Shown piece after piece: positions 1 to 11,391 of a stretch of DNA of 64,000 nt. The DNA comes from Sphingobacteriales bacterium. Lineage in GTDB: Bacteria > Bacteroidota > Bacteroidia > AKYH767-A > OLB10. Position numbers and translations under genes: made by a program. Numbering within the stretch: the stretch's first letter is position 1; the number at the start of each line of letters is the position of its first letter. The stretch covers positions 46,537 through 110,536 of the forward strand of contig JAJTFW010000001.1 in NCBI GenBank assembly GCA_021299095.1, read 5' to 3'. The notes below the pieces were generated by a model. The model worked only from the letters and a program-made list of their open reading frames with translations. It searched no databases and was not told the DNA's origin.

Positions 1-830
1 TCGACTACCCGGTCGAGGCATCGATTCGCTCGCTGCTTCCTCTGGTCGATGAACTGGTCGTATGCCTGGGTAATTCAGACGATGATACCGAGGCCTTGAT
101 TCGCTCCATCGGAGATTCCAAAATCCGAATCATTCACAGTACATGGGATGACTCACTTCGACAGGGAGGTCAGGTGCTTGCAATCGAAACCAACAAGGCA
201 CTTGATGCCGTTTCTGCTGATGCGGATTGGTGCATTTACCTTCAGGCTGATGAGGTGATCCATGAATCCGATTACGCTGCCATCCGTCAATCAATGTTCC
301 AACATCTTGGAGATGTTCAAACGGAAGGACTACTATTCGACTACCTGCATTTTTACGGCGGATACGCGTATGTTGGAACTTCCAGGCGTTGGTACAGGCA
401 TGAAGTGAGGATTGTTCGAAACAACCCGAACATTCGATCATTCCGGGATGCACAGGGATTCAGAATTGCCAACCGTAAACTGAAGGTGCGCAAAGCAAAG
501 GGGCGGATTTTCCACTACGGTTGGGTAAAGAACCCCTTGAAGCAAGTTGAAAAGCTTCAGCAGTTTCACAAGCTATGGCACGATGATGCAACTGCATTAA
601 AGAAAAGTGGAATTGATCCGTATGATTACCTCAAAGAAGTCGATATGTTGAGCCTTTACAGCGGAACCCATCCGACAAGTATGTTGAACCGGGTGGAAAT
701 GCAGGATTGGTCATTTGAGTATGACACGAAAATGAAAAAAATGCGCCTTAAGGACCAAGTACTCTATTGGTTTGAACGGTTGACCGGACAACGACTGTTC
801 GAATACAAAAACTACACGTTATTGTCCTGA
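1..830 (+). CDS. Glycosyltransferase family 2 protein, 5' end truncated by the window edge
   Basis: The frame of ORF 96..830 stays open back to nt 3 (DYPVEASIRSLLPLVDELVVCLGNSDDDTEALIRS...), so the listed TTG start is an artefact. The acidic CIYLQADEVIHE segment and overall layout look like GT2-type enzymes. Confidence 0.6.
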   Translation, partial: DYPVEASIRSLLPLVDELVVCLGNSDDDTEALIRSIGDSKIRIIHSTWDDSLRQGGQVLAIETNKALDAVSADADWCIYLQADEVIHESDYAAIRQSMFQHLGDVQTEGLLFDYLHFYGGYAYVGTSRRWYRHEVRIVRNNPNIRSFRDAQGFRIANRKLKVRKAKGRIFHYGWVKNPLKQVEKLQQFHKLWHDDATALKKSGIDPYDYLKEVDMLSLYSGTHPTSMLNRVEMQDWSFEYDTKMKKMRLKDQVLYWFERLTGQRLFEYKNYTLLS

Positions 831-1189
831 TCCGGAACCGCATCGAATGGCCAAACCATGCATAATATCCGGGAGGAGACTAGTGAAATTAAAATCAGGC
901 CTAGCATCAACAGGGCCCAAAAGATGTAAAAGCCATATTTCGTGTCCACCTGTCCAGTATAAAGTATCGCATCTACTGTTGGAGAAATTACAAGCGTTGC
1001 GAATACTACCAAAATAACCACCGAGGAGACTGCGCTACTATAAAAGAGCAACGTCTCACGTTTGAATTTCACCCGCCGGTTGAACCTGGATCTGCGAATC
1101 ACACTTTTCACCAACAGGGCCACAGAGAACAACAGGATGATCGGCCAGAGTAATTCGAAAATCACCTGCGGCAAATCGGCCCAGGTCAT
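812..1189 (-). CDS. Small integral membrane protein (about 3 TM helices), function unknown
   Basis: 125-aa ORF with three long hydrophobic stretches (LLWPIILLFSVALLV, AVSSVVILVVFATLVI, FYIFWALLMLGLILISLV). Its ATG overlaps the stop of the upstream CDGSH gene as TAATG (nt 1187-1191, minus strand). Confidence 0.5.
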   Translation of the reverse strand: MTWADLPQVIFELLWPIILLFSVALLVKSVIRRSRFNRRVKFKRETLLFYSSAVSSVVILVVFATLVISPTVDAILYTGQVDTKYGFYIFWALLMLGLILISLVSSRILCMVWPFDAVPDQDNNV

Positions 1190-1419
1190 TAGCCCTCCTT
1201 TTTCGGCAACGGCGGAAGCGAAAATGCCTTTACCTCGTGCTCAAAACACCCCTTGTGCGAACCATCGCAAAATGGCCGGTTCTTACTGAGGTTACAGCGA
1301 CACAACGAGACAGTGGTGCGACCCTGCAAATCAAATGGGGTGCCTTCTGCATCAACAATACTGAAATCTCCTTCTACGCGCAGGGATCCGTTGGAATTTA
1401 CTTTAATTACTGTTGCCAT
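1189..1419 (-). CDS. CDGSH iron-sulfur domain-containing protein
   Basis: 76-aa ORF containing CRCNLSKNRPFCDGSH, which is the C-x-C-x2-(S/T)-x3-P-x-C-D-G-(S/A/T)-H signature of CDGSH 2Fe-2S domains. Confidence 0.85.
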   Translation of the reverse strand: MATVIKVNSNGSLRVEGDFSIVDAEGTPFDLQGRTTVSLCRCNLSKNRPFCDGSHKGCFEHEVKAFSLPPLPKKEG

Positions 1420-1593
1420 GATAGTTCAAAATTACAGGATTTATATTCCAAACATGGGAAACTCGGAATTGTTTTTGCGTCCGAAAAACCATTGACGTGC
1501 TACTATTATCCATCAATCCAAGACTGTACTCACGGATTCATGGGCTCAGTTTTTTCTTAAATATGCTGTTCGATATTTTTTTCAGTTGACTCT

Positions 1594-1626
1594 TTTGGCA
1601 TTGCATTTTTTCTGAACATAGCATTG
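1594..1626 (+). promoter_or_regulatory. Candidate Bacteroidota sigma-A promoter for kup
   Basis: TTTG (1594-1597), a 21-nt spacer, then TAGCATTG (1619-1626). This approximates the Bacteroidetes consensus TTTG-N19-21-TAnnTTTG and ends 11 nt before the kup ATG. Pattern match only. Confidence 0.3.
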
Positions 1627-1636
1627 CAATTCAATC

Positions 1637-3580
1637 ATGGCCACCTCACCTACTCACCACAAGCGGGTCACCGGTACGGGACTCTTGGTTACGCTCGGAG
1701 TTATATACGGTGACATCGGCACATCACCCTTGTATGTAATGCGTGCCATCGTAGGGAACAGGCCAATTGAAGAATCGCTTGTCCTGGGTGGCCTTTCCTG
1801 TGTATTCTGGACGCTGACACTGTTGACCTCCTTCAAGTACATCTCCCTGCTGCTCAAAGCAGACAACAAAGGTGAGGGGGGCATTTTTGCCTTATTTGCC
1901 AAAGTCCGTAAGCTTCGCACTTCTTGGCTGGCTTTTCCTGCTATGCTGGGTGGAGCCGCATTACTTGCCGATGCAATCATCGGCCCTCCTATTTCGGTAG
2001 CTTCAGCCGTACAGGGACTCGAGGCCATTCAACCCGGCATCCCTACAATTCCAATTGTTATCGGAATTTTGGCCGGACTCTTTTTCCTGCAACAATTCGG
2101 TACACGCTTTGTCGGTCGTTTTTTCGGCCCCATCATGCTGGTATGGTTCAGCATGTTATTCATCATGGGCCTGAAGGAAATCATCTCACTTCCTTCTGTT
2201 CTCAAAGCCATTAATCCGATATATGCCGCTGAGCTTTTGGCTGAATATCCCGGAGGATTCTGGATTCTAGGCGCCGTGTTTTTATGTACTACAGGAGCCG
2301 ATGCATTGTATTCGGACCTGGGTCACTGTGGGCGCAACAACATCAGAAGCACCTGGCCATTCGTTAAGGCGGCTTTGATTGCAAATTACTTCGGACAGGG
2401 AGCATGGTTACTTAATCATGGAGGTGAAACGCTTGGAGGTGCACACCCGTTTTTTGCCATCATGCCCGATTGGTTCCTGTTCACCGGAATCATCATCGCC
2501 ACAGCTGCAGCCATCGTTGCAAGCCAGGCGATCATCAGCGGAACGTTCACCTTGATCAATGAGGGTATGAGGCTGGGCTTTCTTCCGAAAGGGCGAATCG
2601 AATATCCAACCGACCTGCGTGGACAGATTTATATTCCAACCATCAACTGGCTGATGTGCGGCGGTTGTATCGGCATCTTACTTTATTTCAAAAATCCATC
2701 GAGTATGGAAGCCGCGTATGGGTTATCCATAATACTTACCATGCTCTGTACTACGGTATTGCTTCTGCATTACCTGAAAATGAAACGCTTCCCAAGACTA
2801 TTCAACCTCAGTGTGACAGCAGTTTTGCTCAGCATTGAAACTGCATTTCTGATTGCGAACCTCAACAAATTCGAGACCGGGGGCTTCATCACCCTGCTGA
2901 TTGCTGCAGGTATTATTTCGGTGATGTGGGTGTTGCGGGAAGCCGGAAAGATCAAAAATGCATTGGTCGAATTCGAGGACCTTGCCCCTCACTTTGAGCT
3001 TATTAAAGACATCAGTTCCGATGAATCGATTCCGAAGTTCGCAACCCACCTCGTTTTCCTGACCAGTGCCCCAAATGAGCGTCTCATCGAAAAGAAGATC
3101 CTGTACTCGATCATGCAAAAGCATCCGAAAAGAGCGGATGTGTATTGGCTTGTGCATGTAGACGTGACCGGCGAACCCTATACATGCGAATACAATGTGC
3201 GCGAGTTGGTGAATGACAAAATCGTGTACGTCCGTTTCCGAATCGGATTCAGAAATGAACCACGCATCGATCTGTTGCTGCGTCAGGTTGTTCAGGAATT
3301 GACCAATAGCCACGAGGTGGATGTTTCAACCCGATACGGATCCCTTAGTCACCTGACCAAGTCCGGAGATTTTACGTTTGTCGTTATCGAGAAATTCCTG
3401 AGCTACGAAAACACCCTGGATGTATATCACAGGATTATCCTAAACCTGTATTTCTTCATCAAACGACTTAGCCTTAGCGAGGTCAAGGCATTCGGACTTG
3501 ATTCGAGTTCCGTTCTTGTGGAAAAGGTGCCACTGATTGTTACCCCATCCGGAGGGTACACCCTGAAACGTATCGCATAA
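1637..3580 (+). CDS. kup: KUP/HAK/KT family potassium transporter
   Basis: 647 aa. N-terminal YGDIGTSPLYV signature, about 12 hydrophobic segments, then a soluble C-terminal domain, as expected for Kup. Confidence 0.93.
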   Translation: MATSPTHHKRVTGTGLLVTLGVIYGDIGTSPLYVMRAIVGNRPIEESLVLGGLSCVFWTLTLLTSFKYISLLLKADNKGEGGIFALFAKVRKLRTSWLAFPAMLGGAALLADAIIGPPISVASAVQGLEAIQPGIPTIPIVIGILAGLFFLQQFGTRFVGRFFGPIMLVWFSMLFIMGLKEIISLPSVLKAINPIYAAELLAEYPGGFWILGAVFLCTTGADALYSDLGHCGRNNIRSTWPFVKAALIANYFGQGAWLLNHGGETLGGAHPFFAIMPDWFLFTGIIIATAAAIVASQAIISGTFTLINEGMRLGFLPKGRIEYPTDLRGQIYIPTINWLMCGGCIGILLYFKNPSSMEAAYGLSIILTMLCTTVLLLHYLKMKRFPRLFNLSVTAVLLSIETAFLIANLNKFETGGFITLLIAAGIISVMWVLREAGKIKNALVEFEDLAPHFELIKDISSDESIPKFATHLVFLTSAPNERLIEKKILYSIMQKHPKRADVYWLVHVDVTGEPYTCEYNVRELVNDKIVYVRFRIGFRNEPRIDLLLRQVVQELTNSHEVDVSTRYGSLSHLTKSGDFTFVVIEKFLSYENTLDVYHRIILNLYFFIKRLSLSEVKAFGLDSSSVLVEKVPLIVTPSGGYTLKRIA

Positions 3581-3610
3581 AAAAAGGCCGATGAATTTCA
3601 TCGGCCTTGC
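3581..3610. terminator. Bidirectional rho-independent terminator hairpin between convergent genes
   Basis: AAAAA-GGCCGATGAA/TTCATCGGCC-TT. The perfect 10-nt inverted repeat (3586-3595 / 3597-3606) has an A-run on one side. It lies between the kup stop (3580) and the stop of the minus-strand gene (3630). Confidence 0.7.
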
Positions 3611-3629
3611 TGTTGTAAAACTAATCTGT

Positions 3630-4478
3630 TCAACGCTTAAGCATCGAACCTGTCCAGGTCTTTTCTTCAGTCGAAACTATTACCCGATAAACCCCGGAAT
3701 TCAAGCCAGAGAGGTCATCGACCAATACGTTTTGACGACCTGAATCGTAGAAATTTGCAATCGGCTCGATCACTTCACGTCCTGAGAGATCGAACAAACG
3801 AACAATAACCTGACCGGGCGTTTCAAGTGAGAAAGAAACCCGGGCCTGATCGGCAACAGGATTCGGATAAACCAAAATTGCTACAGGATCAGTCGATGAC
3901 TCACCAATACCCGTGGTTACCTGATTCTCCTGAATGGTCAGGGTATGGGTCCTGATCAGATCACCTGAGCTGGTGCCATTGTTGTTCGAATAGTTGAACG
4001 CACCGTAGAAGGTCACGTTACCCGTTCCTGCAGCAGGTGCGATCCAGTTGAAGCTCCATTGCTTGCTACCTCCGCTTCCTATCGTTCCGGAGGCGGTGTG
4101 CGTAACGTATTTGAGGCTGACGATTTGCGTCTGGGTTGGGTTAGTAAGTACCAAGCCTCCAACAAGTGCACCTGTTGAACTAAGCGGCGAGACCTGGAAA
4201 CCGAATTCACTGATTCCACTCTGGCTCATGGTCGCTGTAATGGTGTAAGTTGAACCGGGGACATACCCTGTCTGGGGCACGTTGGAACTGATAATGGGTG
4301 TTGGCGAGGGTGTGGCCGTTCCTGAATGACACGTGGTGCAGGTACCGAGGCCTCCCGGACCTCCGCAATATCCGGCAGGTGCTCCGGAGGAAGAACTATT
4401 GGCTGTATTGGCTGACATTTGAACCAGCAGTACACCTGTTGTAATTGCAAATACGAAGAAGGTCAGTTTTTTGATCAT
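3630..4478 (-). CDS. Secreted protein with a Cys-rich CXXCH-containing N-terminal module and a type A T9SS C-terminal sorting domain
   Basis: Signal peptide MIKKLTFFVFAITTGVLLVQMSA. GAPAGYCGGPGGLGTCTTCHSG (CXXCH at aa 47-51, nt 4326-4340). C-terminus VYPNPVADQARVSFSL...GVYRVIVSTEEKTWTGSMLKR is typical of a Por_Secre_tail domain. Confidence 0.75.
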   Translation of the reverse strand: MIKKLTFFVFAITTGVLLVQMSANTANSSSSGAPAGYCGGPGGLGTCTTCHSGTATPSPTPIISSNVPQTGYVPGSTYTITATMSQSGISEFGFQVSPLSSTGALVGGLVLTNPTQTQIVSLKYVTHTASGTIGSGGSKQWSFNWIAPAAGTGNVTFYGAFNYSNNNGTSSGDLIRTHTLTIQENQVTTGIGESSTDPVAILVYPNPVADQARVSFSLETPGQVIVRLFDLSGREVIEPIANFYDSGRQNVLVDDLSGLNSGVYRVIVSTEEKTWTGSMLKR

Positions 4479-4517
4479 GGTTGTAAGTTGGGATAAAATT
4501 AAGCGTTAATGTAATAA

Positions 4518-6614
<2,097 letters not shown>

Positions 6615-6667
6615 ATTTCATTACTTTTACTCCGTGCCCGGATTCTGGGCAGGACCGCCGACACCGA

Positions 6668-7225
6668 ATGAAAAAACAATTCAGGCTTTTGGCCGGACGC
6701 TATGCATTCACGCGGGAATACCGCAAGGTTGCTCGTACGTCCAGACTGGTACCTTTTGATGATGCCAAATCAATTGGCATTTTATACGACTCCACCGAGG
6801 AGAAGGACTTTGACCTGGTGCGGAAGTATGTGAAGGAAATTCGGGAAACTCACCACAAGGAAGTCCTCGCGTTGGGATACTATGACCGACAGGAACTTCC
6901 GCCCATGCGATTCTCCAAGCTTGGCCTTGACTTTTTCACCCAAAAAGACCTGAACTGGTTATTCAAGCCTGTGGCCAATGTGGTTAAAAATTTCATGAAC
7001 CGCGAGTTTGACATCCTGATTGATTTGCATACGGGTGATAATTTGCCATTCCGCCACATCGTTGCTGGTTCCGGAGCCCGCTTCAAAATCGGACAATACG
7101 ACAAGGCCTATTCGTACCTCTATGATTTCATGCTGAGCGGCTCTGAGCGCCTCAGCTTTCCCCAGTACATTGAACAGGTGAAACACTACCTGAATGCCCT
7201 CAAGCATGAAGAAAAAAAGTCCTGA
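6668..7225 (+). CDS. Conserved hypothetical protein
   Basis: The ORF 6611..7225 overlaps the ligA stop. ATG at 6668 (MKKQFRLLAG...) is the more plausible start. No motif recognised. Confidence 0.5.
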   Translation: MKKQFRLLAGRYAFTREYRKVARTSRLVPFDDAKSIGILYDSTEEKDFDLVRKYVKEIRETHHKEVLALGYYDRQELPPMRFSKLGLDFFTQKDLNWLFKPVANVVKNFMNREFDILIDLHTGDNLPFRHIVAGSGARFKIGQYDKAYSYLYDFMLSGSERLSFPQYIEQVKHYLNALKHEEKKS

Positions 7226-8108
7226 ATTACATGGAACCGGCGTTGCACTAGTCACTCCATTCAAGAAGAATGGAGCAGTAGATTTTAATGCCCTTGAACG
7301 CCTGACCAATGATCTGATTGCTGGAGGATGTAACTACCTAGTTCCATTGGGAACAACTGGCGAAACTGCTACCTTGACGAACGATGAAAAGCGCGATGTA
7401 CTGCACTGCGTTGTAAAGACCGGGAAAGGTCGGAAGCCCATCGTGCTTGGACTTGGCGGCAACAATACCGCCGAATTGGTGGCTCAACTTGAACATAACA
7501 CGTTTGATGGCGTTGATGCGCTGCTGTCTGTTTCACCCTATTACAACAAACCGTCGCAGCGTGGTATTATCGCGCACTACACGGCGCTGTCCAAGGCATC
7601 TCCCCTACCCATCATTTTATACAATGTCCCCGGACGAACAGGAAGCAACATACACGCATCCACCACGCTGCAACTTGCCAATGAAGTACCAGGCATTGTT
7701 GGAATCAAGGAGGCCTCCGGCAAAGTCGAACAGATTCTGGAGATACTGGCCGGAGCACCCAAAGGATTCCGGGTGATTTCAGGCGATGATGGAATCACAC
7801 TACCGCTCATTGCTGCAGGTGCCTGCGGTGTAATTTCAGTAGTTGCGAATGCTTTTCCCAAGCAAACATCGGAAATGGTCAATAAGTGTCTTGCAGGAGA
7901 TTTTGCCAAGGCTCGCGTCCTTCACAATCTGTTACTTCCAATCATACCAGCACTGTTCGAAGAAGGCAGTCCTTCAGGAATAAAGCACGTACTCAGTCGC
8001 ATGGGCCGTATGGAGAACACGGTCAGATTACCAGCAGTGCCCGTATGCTCCTCCCACTCTAGACGGCTTGATGCGCTGTTTGCACCATTAATAAAGTCAT
8101 CCAGATGA
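7206..8108 (+). CDS. dapA: 4-hydroxy-tetrahydrodipicolinate synthase
   Basis: GTGVALVTPF, GTTGETATL, SPYYNKPSQ, ILYNVPGRTG and GIKEASG are collinear with E. coli DapA, including the active-site Lys in the IKEA context. Confidence 0.93.
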   Translation: MKKKSPELHGTGVALVTPFKKNGAVDFNALERLTNDLIAGGCNYLVPLGTTGETATLTNDEKRDVLHCVVKTGKGRKPIVLGLGGNNTAELVAQLEHNTFDGVDALLSVSPYYNKPSQRGIIAHYTALSKASPLPIILYNVPGRTGSNIHASTTLQLANEVPGIVGIKEASGKVEQILEILAGAPKGFRVISGDDGITLPLIAAGACGVISVVANAFPKQTSEMVNKCLAGDFAKARVLHNLLLPIIPALFEEGSPSGIKHVLSRMGRMENTVRLPAVPVCSSHSRRLDALFAPLIKSSR

Positions 8109-9316
8109 TCAGGAAGTGGTTCAGTTTTATCCTGACAGGTGTTTTGATAATTGGACTTCCTGGAACCCAGGAGATGGTTGTTGCCCAGCGAAAAAGTGCC
8201 AAGTCCGGAACTGACCAAAACGCATTTCGCGCCGAATTCCGGTTTGAATTTTCGCTTCACAAAGAGAATTTCGACTCCGCTTCTCGCGTATGGCCGGTGA
8301 TCTCCAACAGCGATAACCTTGCGTTGGTACAAGAAGGTGAATACATCCTGATGCGAAAGAACACCGAAACACCTTTTGCTGTGTTAGGTGAGTTCGGTCG
8401 GGATTTATCCGAACTAATGATCAGTGCCTCGCTGAGCATCAGCAGCCGCAATGTCGAACAAGGTTCTGCCGGAATCCTCTTTATGGCTCAGCAAGATGGC
8501 TCGGGTGGGTTCATTGCAGAGCTCAATACCGAGCATCAGTTTCGACTTCGCCAGATTACCCGGCAAGGCTATCGGTTTATGACCGGACAAGAAAAAGAAT
8601 CGGGCTGGATTCGCTTGAAGCAATTACCTGTCGCTTCCTTCCATCATTTCGATATCCGTGCTGCAGGGGGGCACTATGAAATCCGCATTGATGACATTCC
8701 GGTCATCGCATTCGACGACCCCGGTTATACTCAGGGTGCAATCGGGCTCTTCATCGGGCCAGCCTCCGTTTGTCGTGTTGATTACCTGGACCTGTATTCC
8801 ATGCGAGCGGAGTTGAAGTCAACAACAACCGATGCTGAAATTCAGCAGGGCAATCAGCCTGACCTTGTTGTGTTGAGTGAGACCATTGTAGATCTAAGGA
8901 CAGAAATCGGCACCCTAAAACAGCAAAACGAGGATCTTAAACAACGGATTGAAACACTTAAAGGCAGTGACCAGGAAGTGAAAGTCCGAACCACCGGACT
9001 CGAAAAGCGGATTCGTGATTTAGAAAAGGGACTTGAGCAGGAGAAAAAAACAAGCGATTCACTCCGAGTATCCAACGCCGAACTAGTTCGATATAAGCAG
9101 GTCATTGAAGAAAGCGGGGGTGGCGATCTTGTGAATACCCTGAGCAAAAGCCTGAAATCGGAGAAACTTCGCAGCGATGAACTTGAACTTCGCAACCAGG
9201 TTTTGCAGGATTCCCTTCGCATATTAAAGCAGGAAGTCAAACAACAATTCAACTGGACTCCGGTGCAAGAACCCGCTCAGGGCAAGGGCGGTTACACCCT
9301 TCCAAAAGACAAGTAA
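8105..9316 (+). CDS. Secreted hypothetical protein: jelly-roll (LamG/DUF1080-like) domain followed by a coiled coil of about 150 aa
   Basis: N-terminal signal or TM segment (WFSFILTGVLIIGLPG). The middle region (GILFMAQQDGSGGFIAEL...GAIGLFIGPASVCRVDYLDLY) resembles concanavalin-like folds. The C-terminus is heptad-rich (LKQQNEDLKQRIETLKGSDQEVKV...LEKGLEQEKK). The start overlaps the dapA stop as ATGA (8105-8108). Confidence 0.55.
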   Translation: MIRKWFSFILTGVLIIGLPGTQEMVVAQRKSAKSGTDQNAFRAEFRFEFSLHKENFDSASRVWPVISNSDNLALVQEGEYILMRKNTETPFAVLGEFGRDLSELMISASLSISSRNVEQGSAGILFMAQQDGSGGFIAELNTEHQFRLRQITRQGYRFMTGQEKESGWIRLKQLPVASFHHFDIRAAGGHYEIRIDDIPVIAFDDPGYTQGAIGLFIGPASVCRVDYLDLYSMRAELKSTTTDAEIQQGNQPDLVVLSETIVDLRTEIGTLKQQNEDLKQRIETLKGSDQEVKVRTTGLEKRIRDLEKGLEQEKKTSDSLRVSNAELVRYKQVIEESGGGDLVNTLSKSLKSEKLRSDELELRNQVLQDSLRILKQEVKQQFNWTPVQEPAQGKGGYTLPKDK

Positions 9317-9346
9317 TTCTCCCTCCCACTCCCCTATCCGCACCCC

Positions 9347-10162
9347 ATGTCAACCCAAGGAGAAGTCCGAAAAATAACCACCCATACCCTGCTGGAAATG
9401 AAGCGGCGTGGAGAACCCATCTCCATTCTGACCGCGTATGATTTCAGTATGGCGCGCATCATCGATGCTGCAGGCATAGATGTGATTCTGGTCGGTGATT
9501 CGGCCAGTAACGTGATGGCGGGCCACGAGACCACCCTTCCCATTACGCTTGACCAGATGATTTACCATGCCTCGTCGGTGGTGCGTGCCGTAAAGCGTTC
9601 GCTGGTGGTGGTTGACCTGCCATTTGGTTCGTATCAGGGAAACTCCAAGGAAGCCCTCAATTCAGCCATTCGGGTCATGAAAGAAACGGGCGCTCACGCA
9701 GTCAAACTTGAGGGCGGACGTGAAATTAGTGAGGCAATACAACGCATACTTTCTGCCGGTGTTCCTGTTATGGGACACCTGGGTTTGACGCCTCAGTCAA
9801 TCTACAAATTCGGAACCTATGTTGTTCGTGCAAAAGAAGAAGCTGAAGCAAATCGTTTACGCGAGGACGCAGCAATTCTGGAGGAACTTGGATGCTTCTC
9901 ACTTGTACTGGAAAAAATACCAGCCAATTTGGCGAAAGATGTTTCCTCCAGCCTGCGAATTCCGACAATTGGTATTGGAGCCGGCGGCGGTACAGATGGC
10001 CAGGTGTTGGTTTTGCATGATATGCTTGGCATCAACAAGGAATTCAACCCACGTTTCTTAAGACGATATCTGAATCTGTTCGATGAGATAAAAAATGCTA
10101 CCGAGCAATACATCAACGATGTAAAGTCGCACAATTTTCCCAATGAACAGGAGCAATACTGA
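9347..10162 (+). CDS. panB: 3-methyl-2-oxobutanoate hydroxymethyltransferase
   Basis: [29 protein letters not shown] and IGIGAG motifs match ketopantoate hydroxymethyltransferase. Confidence 0.93.
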   Translation: MSTQGEVRKITTHTLLEMKRRGEPISILTAYDFSMARIIDAAGIDVILVGDSASNVMAGHETTLPITLDQMIYHASSVVRAVKRSLVVVDLPFGSYQGNSKEALNSAIRVMKETGAHAVKLEGGREISEAIQRILSAGVPVMGHLGLTPQSIYKFGTYVVRAKEEAEANRLREDAAILEELGCFSLVLEKIPANLAKDVSSSLRIPTIGIGAGGGTDGQVLVLHDMLGINKEFNPRFLRRYLNLFDEIKNATEQYINDVKSHNFPNEQEQY

Positions 10163-10879
10163 ATGATCCCTTCCTTTCCTGAAATCCTGTTTGAAGACAA
10201 CCACCTGATTGCGGTCAACAAAAGACCAGGTGACATCGTTCAGGGCGATAAGACAGGCGATACGCCTCTTTCGGAATCAGTCAAGGAGTACATCAAGCAG
10301 AAATACCAAAAACCCGGTGCTGTTTTTCTCGGTGTCATCCACCGTATTGACAGGCCTGTTAGCGGAGTGGTTTTATTCGCCCGTACCAGTAAATCGCTCG
10401 AACGAATGAACCGGATGTTCCGGGATAAAGAAATCAACAAGATGTACTGGGCGGTTGTCAAGCAGCCACCACCTCAGGAGCAAGACAGTTTAATCCGCCA
10501 CCTGGTTAAGAACGAACGACTCAACAAAAGTTTCGCCCACATGGAGCCTGTCAAGGGTTCACTCGAGAGCAGACTGGATTACCGCGTGATTGGCAAATCG
10601 GATCATTACTTTTTACTTCAGATTAACCCCATCACAGGAAGGCATCACCAGATACGTGTAATGCTTTCTTCCATCGGATGTCCCATCAAGGGCGATCTCA
10701 AATATGGATTTGCAAGAAGCAATCCCGATGGGTCGATCCATCTTCACGCACGAGGGGTGACCTTCACGCACCCTGTAAGCGGTGAACTGATGCACATCCA
10801 GGCCAAGTCGCCCGAAAACGATCCGGTATGGAAAGCATTTTCCCAAAACACACCTGACAAGCTGACACCTTTAGCGTGA
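10163..10879 (+). CDS. RluA-family RNA pseudouridine synthase
   Basis: HRIDRPVSGVVLFA (catalytic Asp motif) and TGRHHQIRV motif. The ATG directly abuts the panB stop. Confidence 0.88.
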   Translation: MIPSFPEILFEDNHLIAVNKRPGDIVQGDKTGDTPLSESVKEYIKQKYQKPGAVFLGVIHRIDRPVSGVVLFARTSKSLERMNRMFRDKEINKMYWAVVKQPPPQEQDSLIRHLVKNERLNKSFAHMEPVKGSLESRLDYRVIGKSDHYFLLQINPITGRHHQIRVMLSSIGCPIKGDLKYGFARSNPDGSIHLHARGVTFTHPVSGELMHIQAKSPENDPVWKAFSQNTPDKLTPLA

Positions 10880-10919
10880 CGGTCCGGTTCTTGCTACCTT
10901 TGCTGTAGTTCTTTTATTC

Positions 10920-11310
10920 GGGGTCGACAGGAATCGACAGAAGGTGCAAGAGGCAAGTAAGCATGCAGGGTCTTAGGATATATCCCTTAAAACGTAAATC
11001 CGATCGCTTAACTGGCGAAAACAATTACGCGCTCGCAGCCTAATCCACCAGGTGGAAAGGCCTAATCCACGGCTCTAGGAGTCGGGACGAGCTACCCTCC
11101 CTTCCCTCCCGTTCGCTTGGGAAGGATCAAGGGTACCGCAAATGCGAACTGGTTTTGACGGCGCTCTGACGGCAAGACGAGAAACAAGAGATACGGAAGC
11201 TGATGGTAGGATTCACGCCTAACGGCTTCCCGACAACCAAGCTGAATCTAAGCATGTAGAAGGCTTGTCGATTCCCTGGCTGGACGTGGGTTCAATTCCC
11301 ACCGGCTCCA
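10920..11310 (+). ncRNA. ssrA: tmRNA (transfer-messenger RNA)
   Basis: The 5' GGGGTCG pairs with the 3' CGGCTCC-A, giving a G3:U identity pair. The T-arm is GGACGTGGGTTCAATTCCCACCGGCTCCA. The internal tag ORF GGC GAA AAC AAT TAC GCG CTC GCA GCC TAA (11014-11043) encodes GENNYALAA, the Bacteroidota-type proteolysis tag. CCA is not encoded. Confidence 0.95.
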
Positions 11311-11332
11311 CTGGATGATTAAGTCCGAGAGT

Positions 11333-11391
11333 GCGCCTGCGAAGTTGCCGATCGTTCAAGCAAGCTTGAATACGGTCGCATTCGCAGGCGC
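11333..11391. other. Long GC-rich imperfect hairpin directly downstream of ssrA; possible bidirectional terminator or structured element
   Basis: The outer arms GCGCCTGCGAA (11333-11343) and TTCGCAGGCGC (11381-11391) are perfect complements. The inner hairpin is TTCAAG-caag-CTTGAA (11355-11370), with partial pairing between the two. No T-run follows. Confidence 0.4.

Noticed and set aside
1420-1636. Possible riboswitch (for example c-di-AMP type) in the 217-nt region upstream of kup
   Set aside because: I found no conserved riboswitch core sequences or convincing multi-stem structure. The region is AT-rich and better explained as divergent promoters for kup and the CDGSH operon.
2798-3313. 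171-aa minus-strand ORF inside kup, and similar long antisense ORFs inside ligA (6117..6578), the porin-like gene (17340..17897) and icmF (19661..20263, 21444..21887)
   Set aside because: Each is fully nested antisense to a gene with strong family signatures, and none has a recognisable motif. They are read as chance open frames.
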